From Nannocystales bacterium (GTDB taxonomy: Bacteria; Myxococcota_A; Polyangia; Nannocystales; Nannocystaceae), in the NCBI GenBank assembly GCA_050633305.1, contig JBOEGF010000010.1, forward strand, positions 384,001-448,000: a stretch of 64,000 nucleotides of DNA, read 5' to 3'. This document shows positions 9,831-23,150 of the stretch, one piece after another. Numbering within the stretch: the first letter of the stretch is position 1; each line of letters opens with the position of its first letter. The notes beneath the pieces were generated by a model, which searched no databases, was not told the DNA's origin, and saw nothing but the letters and a program-made list of their open reading frames with translations. The position numbers were made by a program, and so were the translations under genes.

Positions 9831-11216
9831 CTAGGGCTTGGGCACGATCTCGAGCGTGAACCAGTCATCGCCCAGATAGGTGTTGGCAACACGCTTGATG
9901 TCCTTCGAGGTGACGGCTTGCGTCAGCTCGAGGTCGCGGAGAACGAACAGAGGGTCATCGTTGAACAGGGCGCCCTGCACGATCTGGAAGGCTCGGCCGT
10001 TGTTCGTCGCGAGTGCGCCGACGGTGTCGACGGTGGCTCGGTTTTTGGCCTTGGTCAGGTCGCGGCTGCTCACGCCCCGCTTCTTGACCTTGTCGACTTC
10101 CTCTTTGACGACGGCTTGGATGTCGGCGAAGGAGTTCCCCGGGAGGGGAATGAAGCCAGCCATCTCGCTGCCTGCATTGCGTCCACCCGCGGTTCCCATC
10201 GGCAGCGCTGCGACGACCATCTTCTTGTCGTCGGTGAGAATCTTGGTGATACGGGCCGACTCTCCACGCAGGAGCATGCTCATCAGGAGCTCCAGCGCAG
10301 GTCGGTCGGGGTGATCGTGGGGGACCGTCTTCCAGCCGACGACGAACAGAGGCTGCCGCGCGTGGGGGTCCTCGCTTCGCTTCACCACCGCTTTCTGCGC
10401 GTGGTCGACGTTCTTTCGAGGGGTCCGGGACTCGCCCTTGGGGATGTCCCCGTAGAACTTCTCGATCTTCGTCTTTACCTCGGCCACATCGACGTCACCG
10501 ACGATGGTGATGACGGCGTTGTTGGGGACGTAGTACTTGTCGAAGAACGCTTGGACGTCGGCGGTCTTGGCGGCGGTGAGGTCGGCTTGCGACCCAATCG
10601 TCGTGTGTCCGTAGCCGGTTCCTTCCCACAACGAGGAACGGAACTGACTGAGCGCCTGCGCGTAGGGCTGGTTCTCGTACCGCATCGCGCGCTCTTCTTT
10701 GACGGCGCTGCGCTGGTTCTCGAAGTTCTCGTCGGTGATGACCAGCGAGCGCAGACGGTCGCTCTCGAGCCACAGGATCATGTCCAGGTAGTGGCTGGGC
10801 AGTACGGCGAAGTACTGCGTGACGTCGGCGCTTGTGAACGCGTTCATCACTCCGCCGACGCCCAGGACGTTCTTGAAGTAGCCACCGTCGGGCACGTTCT
10901 CGCTGCCCTTGAACATCATGTGCTCGAAGAGGTGCGCGAACCCGCTGCGGCCGTCTTCCTCGTCCTGCGACCCCACCTCGAAGGCGGTGTGCATCGCAAA
11001 CGCGGGGACCGAGTGGTCCTCGACGACGTAGACCCGCAGGCCGTTGTCGAGTGTGAACGACTCGACCGTCAGTTCCACCCCGAGGGCGGAACCGGTGGTC
11101 TTGACGGTGCCAGAGGGCGCTGCGGCGGTCGTCGCTTTCGGCGTTTCGGCGTTCGCAGGGGCGGCCAAGCCAACGCTGGCCGCGAGCAGGAGTTGCGTCG
11201 GGAAGTTCCAGAGCAT
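9831..11216 (-). CDS. M16 family zinc peptidase, catalytic subunit (exported)
   Basis: Signal peptide; GFAHLFEHMMFKGS (HxxEH), NAFT..D.T.Y, VKEER. Confidence 0.93.
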   Translation of the reverse strand: MLWNFPTQLLLAASVGLAAPANAETPKATTAAAPSGTVKTTGSALGVELTVESFTLDNGLRVYVVEDHSVPAFAMHTAFEVGSQDEEDGRSGFAHLFEHMMFKGSENVPDGGYFKNVLGVGGVMNAFTSADVTQYFAVLPSHYLDMILWLESDRLRSLVITDENFENQRSAVKEERAMRYENQPYAQALSQFRSSLWEGTGYGHTTIGSQADLTAAKTADVQAFFDKYYVPNNAVITIVGDVDVAEVKTKIEKFYGDIPKGESRTPRKNVDHAQKAVVKRSEDPHARQPLFVVGWKTVPHDHPDRPALELLMSMLLRGESARITKILTDDKKMVVAALPMGTAGGRNAGSEMAGFIPLPGNSFADIQAVVKEEVDKVKKRGVSSRDLTKAKNRATVDTVGALATNNGRAFQIVQGALFNDDPLFVLRDLELTQAVTSKDIKRVANTYLGDDWFTLEIVPKP

Positions 11217-11383
11217 GGACGGGCCTCGAACGCGCGAACCGTATCAGGCCCGGGAGAAACCCACCACGCACGGTCGCGGACGGCGAGCCCGCACGAGCGT
11301 GGCCGCTGCAAAAGCCGTGACTTAGCTCCCGCCTCGGGTCCGCGCCCGGCCGGGTGCTGTGCCGGTTTGGGGACCGCGCGGGC

Positions 11384-14698
<3,315 letters not shown>

Positions 14699-14808
14699 GC
14701 CGGGCTACAGATCGCCGCCGGACATATGGCTAGGGCTCGGATGACGCATGGGCGCAATAGGCGCGAATGAAGGCCTGGGGACTGCAAACCCCGACAGTGT
14801 GGGGGCTG

Positions 14809-16275
14809 TCAGCGGCTTGCGTACATCTGGTGGAAATACTCCCTCAGGACGGCTTCTGCGTGCTCGGGGGGGAGCGCATCCAACACACGGTTGATCGCTG
14901 CGGATTCGTTCGCTGTGCGGGCGGGGTCCGTGCCAATCGCGGAAACCGCGTCCGGGATCGACAGCTGGCCGGCGACGAAGGCCGCGGCCATAGCGGCCAT
15001 CGGGTCGGCTGCGGGAGTGTCCTGTACAGCGGTCACTTGCAGGGCTGCGACACACTCGCTCAGGTCTGCCAGGAACGCCTCCCGGTGAGGCACGTTGATC
15101 GGCGTGACGGTGAGGTGGACCGATTTGGGCACGTGATCGTGCCCGAACTGCGGTTGGATGTACCAGTTCCGCTCTCGCATCGCGTCGACGAGCGCGAAGA
15201 CATCGAGGGACTCCGAGCCGAATGCGAGCAGGCTGCCGTCGGGTTCGCCGAGTACCTGGAGCCCGTCGATCGTATTGATCGCCGTGCACAGGTCGAGGAC
15301 GCAGGCCCGCACCTCGGTCTGCAACTCTCTATAGCGGCTCGCGCCGATGTACCGCAGGACCGCCCACGCAGCCGCGACGGACGCTCCTCCACGGCTGCTT
15401 TGTACGGTGGCGTTGGTGATGCCGTATCCAGCCCATCGGGTGTGGGCGAACAGCTGGTGTCGACGCAGGTCCGGGTTGGCGTACATCACGACGGATGCCC
15501 CTTTGGGGCAGTACCCGTGTTTGTGAAGATCGAGTGACATCGAGGTTACACCCGGTACGCGGAAGTCGAAGGCCGGCACCGCGTGGCCAGCCTGCTCGAG
15601 GAAGGGGAGAAAGAACCCGCCAACGCAGGCGTCGACGTGCATGAGGGTGCCCCGAGCCGCTGCGGCTGCCGCCAGTTCGGGAATCGGATCGATGACACCT
15701 TGCGCATACGAAGGGGCCGAGCCCACGACCATGACCGTGTTTTCGTCGATGGCGGCGGCCATGGCTTCGGGGTCCGCCCGGAAGTCCTTTCGAACCGGAA
15801 CCGAGGTGACGTCCAACCCGAAGTAATGCGCCGCTTTGTGGAATGCGGGGTGAACGGAGTCGGGGACGACGAGGCGTGGCCGGTCGATTCCACGTTCGGT
15901 GCGACCGTGGTCTCGCGCCGTCTTGACCGCGAGCAGGATGCTCTCCGTCCCGCCGGAGGTGAAGTTGCCGACGGCTCCGTCGCCGTGGGCGAGCTCGGAG
16001 GCGATCTGAACCACCTCGTTCTCCATTCGAACCAGGCTGGGAAACGACGTCGGGTCCAGCGCGTTCTCGGTCATGAACGCGGTGTAGGCACGCTTGGCGA
16101 CGGCGCCGACATCTTTGCCCGCGCTGAACACGTACGCGAAACAACGCCCCGCGCTCCAGTCGAGGTCGTGTTCGCGAATCTCGTCGAACGCGGCGTCGAT
16201 CGCTTCCGGGCTCAGTCCTCCGTCTTCCAGCGCATCCATTCGGGTCAGTCTGACACTCGGTGCCATTACGATCAA
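14809..16275 (-). CDS. PLP-dependent group II decarboxylase-fold enzyme, sphingosine-1-phosphate lyase-like
   Basis: FTSGGTESI, HPAFHKAAHYF, HVDACVGGF, DLHKHGYCPKG (PLP lysine). Confidence 0.85.
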   Translation of the reverse strand: MIVMAPSVRLTRMDALEDGGLSPEAIDAAFDEIREHDLDWSAGRCFAYVFSAGKDVGAVAKRAYTAFMTENALDPTSFPSLVRMENEVVQIASELAHGDGAVGNFTSGGTESILLAVKTARDHGRTERGIDRPRLVVPDSVHPAFHKAAHYFGLDVTSVPVRKDFRADPEAMAAAIDENTVMVVGSAPSYAQGVIDPIPELAAAAAARGTLMHVDACVGGFFLPFLEQAGHAVPAFDFRVPGVTSMSLDLHKHGYCPKGASVVMYANPDLRRHQLFAHTRWAGYGITNATVQSSRGGASVAAAWAVLRYIGASRYRELQTEVRACVLDLCTAINTIDGLQVLGEPDGSLLAFGSESLDVFALVDAMRERNWYIQPQFGHDHVPKSVHLTVTPINVPHREAFLADLSECVAALQVTAVQDTPAADPMAAMAAAFVAGQLSIPDAVSAIGTDPARTANESAAINRVLDALPPEHAEAVLREYFHQMYASR

Positions 16276-16323
16276 GCCGGCCTGACGATTCCTTCCGGAA
16301 GGCCGTCTGGTGACCTCAGCCGT

Positions 16324-17568
16324 TCAATCGAGGCTGGTGGGTGCCGGCGGGGAGGCGTCAGGTCGTTGTCGCGCGATTCGGTCGTCGAGCCAGTCCCCGA
16401 TCGCTTCGATCACGGGGAGCGAGCGTAACGATACCAGCAGATCGAAGCTGTGGTGGGCACCGGGGACGGTGGTGAACCGAACCGGGTTGTCGCTGACGGC
16501 GCGAAGCTCGGTGACGAAGTCCTTCGCGTCCTCGAGCGGAACCATGGAGTCGCGGCTCCCGTGCACGACGAAGAACGGCGGTGCGTTGGTGTGGACGCGA
16601 TGAATCGGTGACGCCTCTTCGAAGCGCTCGGGCTCGTCCTCGTAGAAGGCCTTGAGGAACAACGGCTCGATCAGCATGGAGTGGAACCCCGGCGCATGCC
16701 GCTTCTTGACGTTGGTCAGATCGAAGACGGCGTACATCGGAACCGCGGCTTGCACGGAGCAGTCGGCGTCTTCGAAGCCCGGTTGCAAGGCGGGGTCGCC
16801 CTGGGTGAGGCCGACCATGGCTGTGATGTGTCCTCCTGCGGAGCCACCGATGATGGTGACGAACGCTGGATCAACTCCGTACTCCTCGGCGTGCTCCCGC
16901 ACCCAGGCGATCGCACGTTTGACGTCGACGAGGTGGTCCGGCCACGTAGCTCCGGGGGAGAGGCGGTAGCTGACGTTGAAACACACGTGTCCGCGGTCGG
17001 AGAGCAGTGCCATCAAGGGGATGCCTTGCTCGGTCCTGCTGCCGACGACCCACCCTCCACCATGGACATGGACGACCGCCGGACGTGGACCCTCGAACGT
17101 CTTGGGCGGGTGGTAGACGTCGAGGCGGAGGCGCTGGCCGGACACGCGCGCGAACTCGATGCCGCGGGTGACGCGCTGCTGAGAGAGACGGTATGGAAAA
17201 GGCCAGAGAATCCGGGCCCACGGAAGCCGGCGATCGCGGGAGAACTCGGGCACATCGCGGTGCAGCGTCGCGGTGGTTCGAATCGAGGAGATGAGCTGGC
17301 CGAGTAGAAGCGCAGTCGCGAGGCCGGAGAAACCGAGCGAGAGCCAGCCAGCCCACCCGCGTGGCTCGCCGAACCATGCCGCCAAGCCAAGCCCTGCGAG
17401 CAGGAGCGGCAGGATGAACACGGAGGTCTCGGCAAGCAGCGTTCCGGCGAGAAAGCTCGGGAGCAGCAGCACGCGGGAACGCCGGATGGGTGCGACCGCA
17501 TTGATCGCCAACGCAGCCAACGACGCAGCGATCACGAGAGAACCCCACCCGAGCAGCTCGATCAGCAT
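16324..17568 (-). CDS. Membrane-anchored alpha/beta hydrolase (HSL-family esterase/lipase)
   Basis: N-terminal TM helices; HGGGW oxyanion motif, GGSAGG, HGSRD, GAHHSFD. Confidence 0.9.
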   Translation of the reverse strand: MLIELLGWGSLVIAASLAALAINAVAPIRRSRVLLLPSFLAGTLLAETSVFILPLLLAGLGLAAWFGEPRGWAGWLSLGFSGLATALLLGQLISSIRTTATLHRDVPEFSRDRRLPWARILWPFPYRLSQQRVTRGIEFARVSGQRLRLDVYHPPKTFEGPRPAVVHVHGGGWVVGSRTEQGIPLMALLSDRGHVCFNVSYRLSPGATWPDHLVDVKRAIAWVREHAEEYGVDPAFVTIIGGSAGGHITAMVGLTQGDPALQPGFEDADCSVQAAVPMYAVFDLTNVKKRHAPGFHSMLIEPLFLKAFYEDEPERFEEASPIHRVHTNAPPFFVVHGSRDSMVPLEDAKDFVTELRAVSDNPVRFTTVPGAHHSFDLLVSLRSLPVIEAIGDWLDDRIARQRPDASPPAPTSLD

Positions 17569-17572
17569 CCCG

Positions 17573-18856
17573 TCACCTGCAGCCCAAATCGATCAGCCGG
17601 CGCGTCTTGGCAGCTTGGCGAAGCTCCGCGCGAAAGTCGGGATGGGCGACCTCGATGAGCAGCTCGGCCCGCTCTCGGAGCGAGCGCCCTCGGAGGTTGA
17701 CCGCGCCAAACTCGGTCACGACCCATTGCACATGACCTCGGGTTGTGACGACTCCAGCTCCGGGTTGCAGCCGCGGCACGATGCGCGAGGCCTGGCCGTG
17801 ACACGCCGTGGAAGGGAGGGCGATGACGGCAGCTCCGCCCGGGCTACGTAGCGCGCCCTGGACGAAGTCCATTTGGCCCCCAATCCCGCTGTAGATCCGC
17901 TCTCCAACCGAGTCCGCGCAGACTTGGCCGGTGAGGTCGACCTGCAACGCCGAGTTGATCGCGACCATCTGGTGCTGCTTCTTGATCTCGTTGGGGTCGT
18001 TGACGACATGCGAGGGATGGAACTCGACGAACGGGTTCTCGTGCACGAATGCGTGGAGGGTCTCGGACCCGGCGGCAAACGAGGTGACGACCCTGCGCTC
18101 GAAGCGTGTCTTGTGGTGGCCATTGATGACGCCCGCGGTGGCCAGCCCGAGCAAGCCGTCGCTGAACATCTCGGTGTGAACACCGAGTCCTTCGTGTTTC
18201 CCGAGCGCGGCGAGCACTGCGTTGGGCACTTTGCCGATGCCGACCTGGATGGTGGCGCCGTTGGGAACAAGGTCTGCGACGTGCCCGCCGATTGCCTCTT
18301 CTGTTGCACCGAACGCGGCCGGGGTCATTCGCGGCAACGACGTGTCGACCTCGATTGCGAAGTCGATCTCGTTGACGTGCACGGCGGAGTTGCCCAGGGT
18401 GCGTGGCACTTGCGGGTTGATCTGCGCGACGACGATCTTGGCCGCCTCGATCGCGGGCAGAGCACACGCCACCGACAACCCGAGGCGGCAGTACCCGTGT
18501 TCGTCCGGTGGAGAGACCTGGATCAGGGCCACATCGAGCGGCAAGGAGGCGTGGAACATCGAGGGGACTTCGCCCAAGAAGACGGGCGTGAAATCGGCCC
18601 GACCCTCGGCGACCGCTTGCCGGGTGTTGGGGCCCACGAAGAGCGCGTTGTGGCGGAGGTGTCCGTCCAGCGAGGGGTGGACGTGGGGTGCGTCACCATC
18701 GACATGCAGGTGGACGACCTCCACACCCTCCAACTCCGGGGCCCGTGCGACCAGGGCCTCCAGGAGCGCGTGCGGGACCATCGAGGCCTCGTGCACGTAG
18801 ACGCGCTGGTGGGAGTGCACGCAGGCGACGGCGGACTCGGGATTGCAGATCTTCAT
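17573..18856 (-). CDS. Acetyl-CoA hydrolase/transferase family (4-hydroxybutyrate CoA-transferase-like)
   Basis: EGRADFTPVFL, IQVGIGKVP, HTEMFSDG, SGIGGQMDF; ATG at 18856. Confidence 0.92.
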   Translation of the reverse strand: MKICNPESAVACVHSHQRVYVHEASMVPHALLEALVARAPELEGVEVVHLHVDGDAPHVHPSLDGHLRHNALFVGPNTRQAVAEGRADFTPVFLGEVPSMFHASLPLDVALIQVSPPDEHGYCRLGLSVACALPAIEAAKIVVAQINPQVPRTLGNSAVHVNEIDFAIEVDTSLPRMTPAAFGATEEAIGGHVADLVPNGATIQVGIGKVPNAVLAALGKHEGLGVHTEMFSDGLLGLATAGVINGHHKTRFERRVVTSFAAGSETLHAFVHENPFVEFHPSHVVNDPNEIKKQHQMVAINSALQVDLTGQVCADSVGERIYSGIGGQMDFVQGALRSPGGAAVIALPSTACHGQASRIVPRLQPGAGVVTTRGHVQWVVTEFGAVNLRGRSLRERAELLIEVAHPDFRAELRQAAKTRRLIDLGCR

Positions 18857-18956
18857 CGCGCGCGCCCGCAGTGTGGCATGGGCGGGGATGCCCTGCAGGC
18901 GGAGGGAGCACGCCGACTTCCTTGGGCGCATCGGCGGGTTGAGGCATGCTCTGGCG

Positions 18957-19367
18957 ATGCTGGCCCTGGGTCTCACGCTGCTGCTCCTCGACCCGCCGGA
19001 CTGGTCGGCTTGCGAGACGGGCCCGTGGGGAGCGGACGCTGCAGACACCCTGGGGTGGATGCGGGACGAGGTCGTGCCGGGCGCGAACGACCGTTCATTC
19101 TATGTCCGCATCTGCGGTATGCCGATGGGGTTCGGATACACCCAGGTGTTGGTGGCGGTGTGGGACGGACGACCTGCCGGGCGCCCAGCCAACGTTCGTG
19201 CTGAGCAGGGCGTGACGGCATGCTCCGACACCAAGCTCGAGCCTGAGCCGAAGGGCCTACGCGTTCGAACGCCAGCTTGCGCGTACCACGACGAAGAGCC
19301 GACGGGGTCCTTGCAGACCCGGCTGCGCTGGCTGGACGATGCGCCGTTCGTGACCGTGGTGGATTGA
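18957..19367 (+). CDS. Hypothetical exported protein with several Cys
   Basis: Hydrophobic N-terminus MLALGLTLLLL; fills the gap before the AIM24 gene; no recognised domain. Confidence 0.55.
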   Translation: MLALGLTLLLLDPPDWSACETGPWGADAADTLGWMRDEVVPGANDRSFYVRICGMPMGFGYTQVLVAVWDGRPAGRPANVRAEQGVTACSDTKLEPEPKGLRVRTPACAYHDEEPTGSLQTRLRWLDDAPFVTVVD

Positions 19368-19439
19368 CCGCGTTATCGTCCGAGAATGCAGCCTCCATCC
19401 TCGCTCCCCGCAAGGCTCAGTGGACCCGACGTCGCCAAC

Positions 19440-20108
19440 ATGTCCGAGCGGGTTCCGGGCAGCTACGAGTTGCGTGGGCAGATCGCGCAGACGGTGACGG
19501 TTGCGCTGGAGTCAGGACAAGCGATGTGGGCCTGCAAGGGGGCGATCCTTTCTCACGACGCGGGGGTTCAATGGCAGCTCAAGGTTCCCGGCGCGGCGGT
19601 TTCTCGCATGCTCTCGGGCGAAGGGCTGGCGCTCACCCACATCACCGGGCAACAGCCAGGTGCCACAGTGACCCTGTCGGCCAATCAGACCGGGAAGGTC
19701 GCGGTGTGGGACCTGGCATGGGGCCCCGTAACCTGCACGTCAGGATCGTTTCTCGGGGCGATCGGTGACGTGAAGATCGACGTCACCGTGGCTCGTCGGT
19801 TTGGGGCCGCATTGTTCGGGGGCGCCGGGTTCCTGCTTCAGAAGCTGTCGGGGCAGGGCTTGGTGTTCATCCACGGGTCGGGAGACTTCGTCGAACGCGA
19901 CCTCGAACCGGGCGAGGAGGTCACGGTGTCCACGGGGAACCTCGCCGCCTTCGGCTCTGGCGTTGGCTACGACGTCGTCGGTGTGGGCGGATGCTTGAAG
20001 GTGTTGTTCGGCCGCGAGGGACTGTTCATGACCCGAATGACCGGACCAGGGCGCGTGCTCATGCAGAGCATGAAGCGCCAGCGGCTGCAGCCCGGTCGGC
20101 AGGGGTGA
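19440..20108 (+). CDS. AIM24 (TRAP-like) family protein
   Basis: SGEGL, LFGGAGFLLQKLSGQGLVF, LFGREGLF...GPGRV..QS. Confidence 0.9.
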   Translation: MSERVPGSYELRGQIAQTVTVALESGQAMWACKGAILSHDAGVQWQLKVPGAAVSRMLSGEGLALTHITGQQPGATVTLSANQTGKVAVWDLAWGPVTCTSGSFLGAIGDVKIDVTVARRFGAALFGGAGFLLQKLSGQGLVFIHGSGDFVERDLEPGEEVTVSTGNLAAFGSGVGYDVVGVGGCLKVLFGREGLFMTRMTGPGRVLMQSMKRQRLQPGRQG

Positions 20109-20147
20109 GGTTCGGCGGCTCCCGTCGTCCGGGGGGAGTGAGTCGCC

Positions 20148-20579
20148 CTACATCACGGCGATCAGGACCCATGTGAGCCCGAGGAGCACGAGGAGCGCTC
20201 CCACGACCGAGCTGACGCCGACGATTCGCCAGTAGAGAAGCTGGTGCCCAAGTGTGCCCTCGAGGTCGCTCAGCAAGCCTCGTTCGCCCACCTTTCGCGC
20301 CGTCGCAGCTGCCGAGCGGAGATGCAGACCACAGGCGATGCCCAACCCGGCGCCCACGAAGTGCGGGAGGATGGCGATGAACCCCAACCGTCCGAGGTCC
20401 GTGAATGCGATCGCACCGACCGCGGCCAAGGCGGAGAAGCCACCGCTGGCCAAGGTGACCCACGCCACGATGCGGAGGTAGATCGCGCTCTGGCGAACGG
20501 TTTCGATCACCAATGTGCTGACGTGCCCCGCGTCAAGGAGTCCCTCTTGCAACTCAACTCGGTTCTCTGCGCCTCGCAT
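20148..20579 (-). CDS. Small membrane protein (3 TM, DUF5362-like)
   Basis: Three hydrophobic segments; L..Q..YWR..G pattern before the last helix. Confidence 0.6.
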   Translation of the reverse strand: MRGAENRVELQEGLLDAGHVSTLVIETVRQSAIYLRIVAWVTLASGGFSALAAVGAIAFTDLGRLGFIAILPHFVGAGLGIACGLHLRSAAATARKVGERGLLSDLEGTLGHQLLYWRIVGVSSVVGALLVLLGLTWVLIAVM

Positions 20580-20630
20580 GCACAACGAGACGTGCGGGGC
20601 TCAACGCTGTTGCAGAGAATCGCACGGGAA

Positions 20631-22919
20631 CTATCGAGCGGCGTCCGGCGCGTTCGGGTCGATGGTGGTCGAGATTCTGGGGCGCTGGAGTTCCATTTCT
20701 GCTGCCGCAGCATGTTCCGCGTCGCGTTGCTGCCGCTGCGCAGCGACGCTGACAGCCGAGAGCAGGCCGGAGGTCTTCTTGTAGTTGATGTGCGAGCCGA
20801 GGTCGCGCCGCTCGAAGGCGGTGTATCGCTCGATGAACTCCTGCCGCTCCCGCATCCGGCGCGAGTGAATGCGCCGGGCGTCGTCGGGCGAATCGATGAT
20901 GTGGGGGACCATGACCATCAACAGGCTGACCTTCTCCTTGCGCCGGTTTCGTTTTCGGAACAGCCAGCCGATCACGGGGATCGCGCCCAGTCCGGGAACC
21001 CGGCTGTCTGTGAGCGCGTCGACTTCTCGGGTGAGACCGCCCAGGACCAAGGGCTGGCCCGGGTGCGCCACCACCTTCTTGAGGTCGAGCTTCCGCTTGA
21101 GCGTTCGGTAGTTTCCGGTGGTGCCCTCCAGCGCACCGAGCTGTCGGTCTTCGAGGAGGATATCGAGCGACACGGTCTCGTCGTCGTTGACGTAGGGGGT
21201 GACCTCGAGCTTGAGCGTGACGTCCTCGTTTTGGATGTTGTCGATGGTGGGGGCCACCGGGTTGCTGGTCGTGGTCGTCCCTGTGCGAAACGGAATCGTC
21301 TCGCCAAATTCCGCCACCGCCTGCTCGTTCTCGGCTGCGTACAGGTGTGGCTGAGCGACGATATCGATGTCCTGTTGGGTCTCGAGCGCCTGCAGGGTTG
21401 CACCGAACGCGGGGATGTCGGCATCGAAGCCGAACAGAGTCGTGGTGAGCGTGGGACCGACCAGCCCCGCAGCGAGCCCGCTCAGGGCGCCCGGAGCCAC
21501 CGAGCTGACGTCACCGGGGGCGCTGCTCGCGTACCCGAGCCCTCCCGCGGCCTCTTGTCCGAAGTGGCCGCTCACGTCGATGTTGCGGCCGAGCTCGGTC
21601 CGGACTTCCAAGAGGTACACCTCCAGGTAGAGCTGCTCCCGGGGATGGTCGATTCGTCGGATGACCTTTTGTAGTGCCGCAAAGTCGAGCGCGGTGGCGT
21701 TGACGATCAGCGTTTGCGTTGCAGGGTGGGCGGTCACCTTTACGGAGCCCGAGATCGAGGCTCCGGCGACCGCCGCCTTGCCCCGGTCATTCTTGGCCTG
21801 CGTGCCGTTGGCCAGGCCGGACAACACCCCCGCGACCTCCTCGGCATCCACATGAGCCAGCTCGATCACGTGCAGGGTCTCTTGTCCCTCACCTCCATCG
21901 ATGTCGAGTTCGTCGAGGAGCCGCGAGACCGCGGCAAACGTCGCATCCGTGCAAACGACGAGGAGCGTTCCCGTGCGGACGTCGACGGTGATCGTCGGTG
22001 TGTCGTCGGTGGTGCTCTGGGGGCTTGCGGCGGCCGACTTGGGCGCGGCACGCTGCTTCTTTCCCTTGCCCTTCTTTGCGGCGGGTATTACCGAGGTTGT
22101 TGTTGCGCCCGAGGCCGCAGGGCCAATGTTCCCCAGTCCTGCATCGAAGACCGAGCGGACGACCTCGGAGAGCGTCTCGGCATCTGCATGGCGCACGCCG
22201 TACAGGTGGACCTTTCGATGGGGCCCCTGTGGCTGCTCGAGATCAGCGAGGAGCCGTTCGAGTGTCCGGATCCGGGCACCCGTGTCGGTGACCACAACGA
22301 CGTCGCCCACGGTCTTCACCACCCCCGTGTCGGTCTTGAGTTCGGTGAGGAGAGAAGCTGTCTGTGCCTGCCGTTCCGCGGGGGGGCGCCAAACCTTGGT
22401 CACGATCCGACCGTCGGCGGGCACGTCGGCGCCCGGGCCATACACGCGAAAACCAGTGGAGGCGACCTGAGAGGTCTCCACGATCTTGTAGAAGTCTCCG
22501 GCAGGCTCGACCGTAGCTCCGATCGTTGCCAGTGCGGCATGGAAGGCTGCGTAGGCCTCCGACATCGTGACCGGCTCAGGTGCGACGATGTTGACCGTCT
22601 TGGTGCGGAGCTTGGGATCCCAGATGAACTTCTGGCAGCTCACGCTCATCATCCACTCGACCAGGTCCTGCAGTTCCGCCTCTTGTTTGAGCGTGATGCG
22701 GAACTTCTGCTTGCCGCCAGGTCGGTCGCACTGATCAGGCAGCGCAGAGACGGTCGTCGATGGCAGGGGCTGAGTTGCGGGAGGATCCGGCTTCGGCGTG
22801 GCAGGAGGCGGCGCGGTTGTGCCCGCCGCAGGAGGTTGGGCCGGGGCTGCGACCGCCGGGCCCACCGCCAGGAGCATGCAAGTCGACAGCGTAGGGGCAA
22901 GGAGTCGGCGGTGAAGCAT
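20631..22919 (-). CDS. gspD: Type II secretion-type secretin (GspD family)
   Basis: Signal peptide; N0 domain (EAYAAF...L...G), N-domain repeats (HADAE.L..V, D.RT..L.V), secretin domain (QP.L...ENEQA...GE.IP, L.LEVTP.VN, VPGLGAIPVIGWLFR). Confidence 0.88.
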   Translation of the reverse strand: MLHRRLLAPTLSTCMLLAVGPAVAAPAQPPAAGTTAPPPATPKPDPPATQPLPSTTVSALPDQCDRPGGKQKFRITLKQEAELQDLVEWMMSVSCQKFIWDPKLRTKTVNIVAPEPVTMSEAYAAFHAALATIGATVEPAGDFYKIVETSQVASTGFRVYGPGADVPADGRIVTKVWRPPAERQAQTASLLTELKTDTGVVKTVGDVVVVTDTGARIRTLERLLADLEQPQGPHRKVHLYGVRHADAETLSEVVRSVFDAGLGNIGPAASGATTTSVIPAAKKGKGKKQRAAPKSAAASPQSTTDDTPTITVDVRTGTLLVVCTDATFAAVSRLLDELDIDGGEGQETLHVIELAHVDAEEVAGVLSGLANGTQAKNDRGKAAVAGASISGSVKVTAHPATQTLIVNATALDFAALQKVIRRIDHPREQLYLEVYLLEVRTELGRNIDVSGHFGQEAAGGLGYASSAPGDVSSVAPGALSGLAAGLVGPTLTTTLFGFDADIPAFGATLQALETQQDIDIVAQPHLYAAENEQAVAEFGETIPFRTGTTTTSNPVAPTIDNIQNEDVTLKLEVTPYVNDDETVSLDILLEDRQLGALEGTTGNYRTLKRKLDLKKVVAHPGQPLVLGGLTREVDALTDSRVPGLGAIPVIGWLFRKRNRRKEKVSLLMVMVPHIIDSPDDARRIHSRRMRERQEFIERYTAFERRDLGSHINYKKTSGLLSAVSVAAQRQQRDAEHAAAAEMELQRPRISTTIDPNAPDAAR

Positions 22920-23150
22920 GCGTGGACTCAAAAGCAAGTGGCGCACCACACCGGATTTCAAGGGGTTGGCCTCGGAGGTAGAGCTTCGCGTCGACAAAAA
23001 GACAAGCTCGCCGCGGAGAGGCTGCGGACGCGTCACCCGGAGCCCTCGCCGAGGGCGTCGTCGTCGGAGGAAAAGCGGTGCGCGCCGCGAGCGGTCGCCG
23101 GTATCGTCTGCCTGCGTAACGTCGAGCGTGCGCGACAGGTAGTTCCAAAC

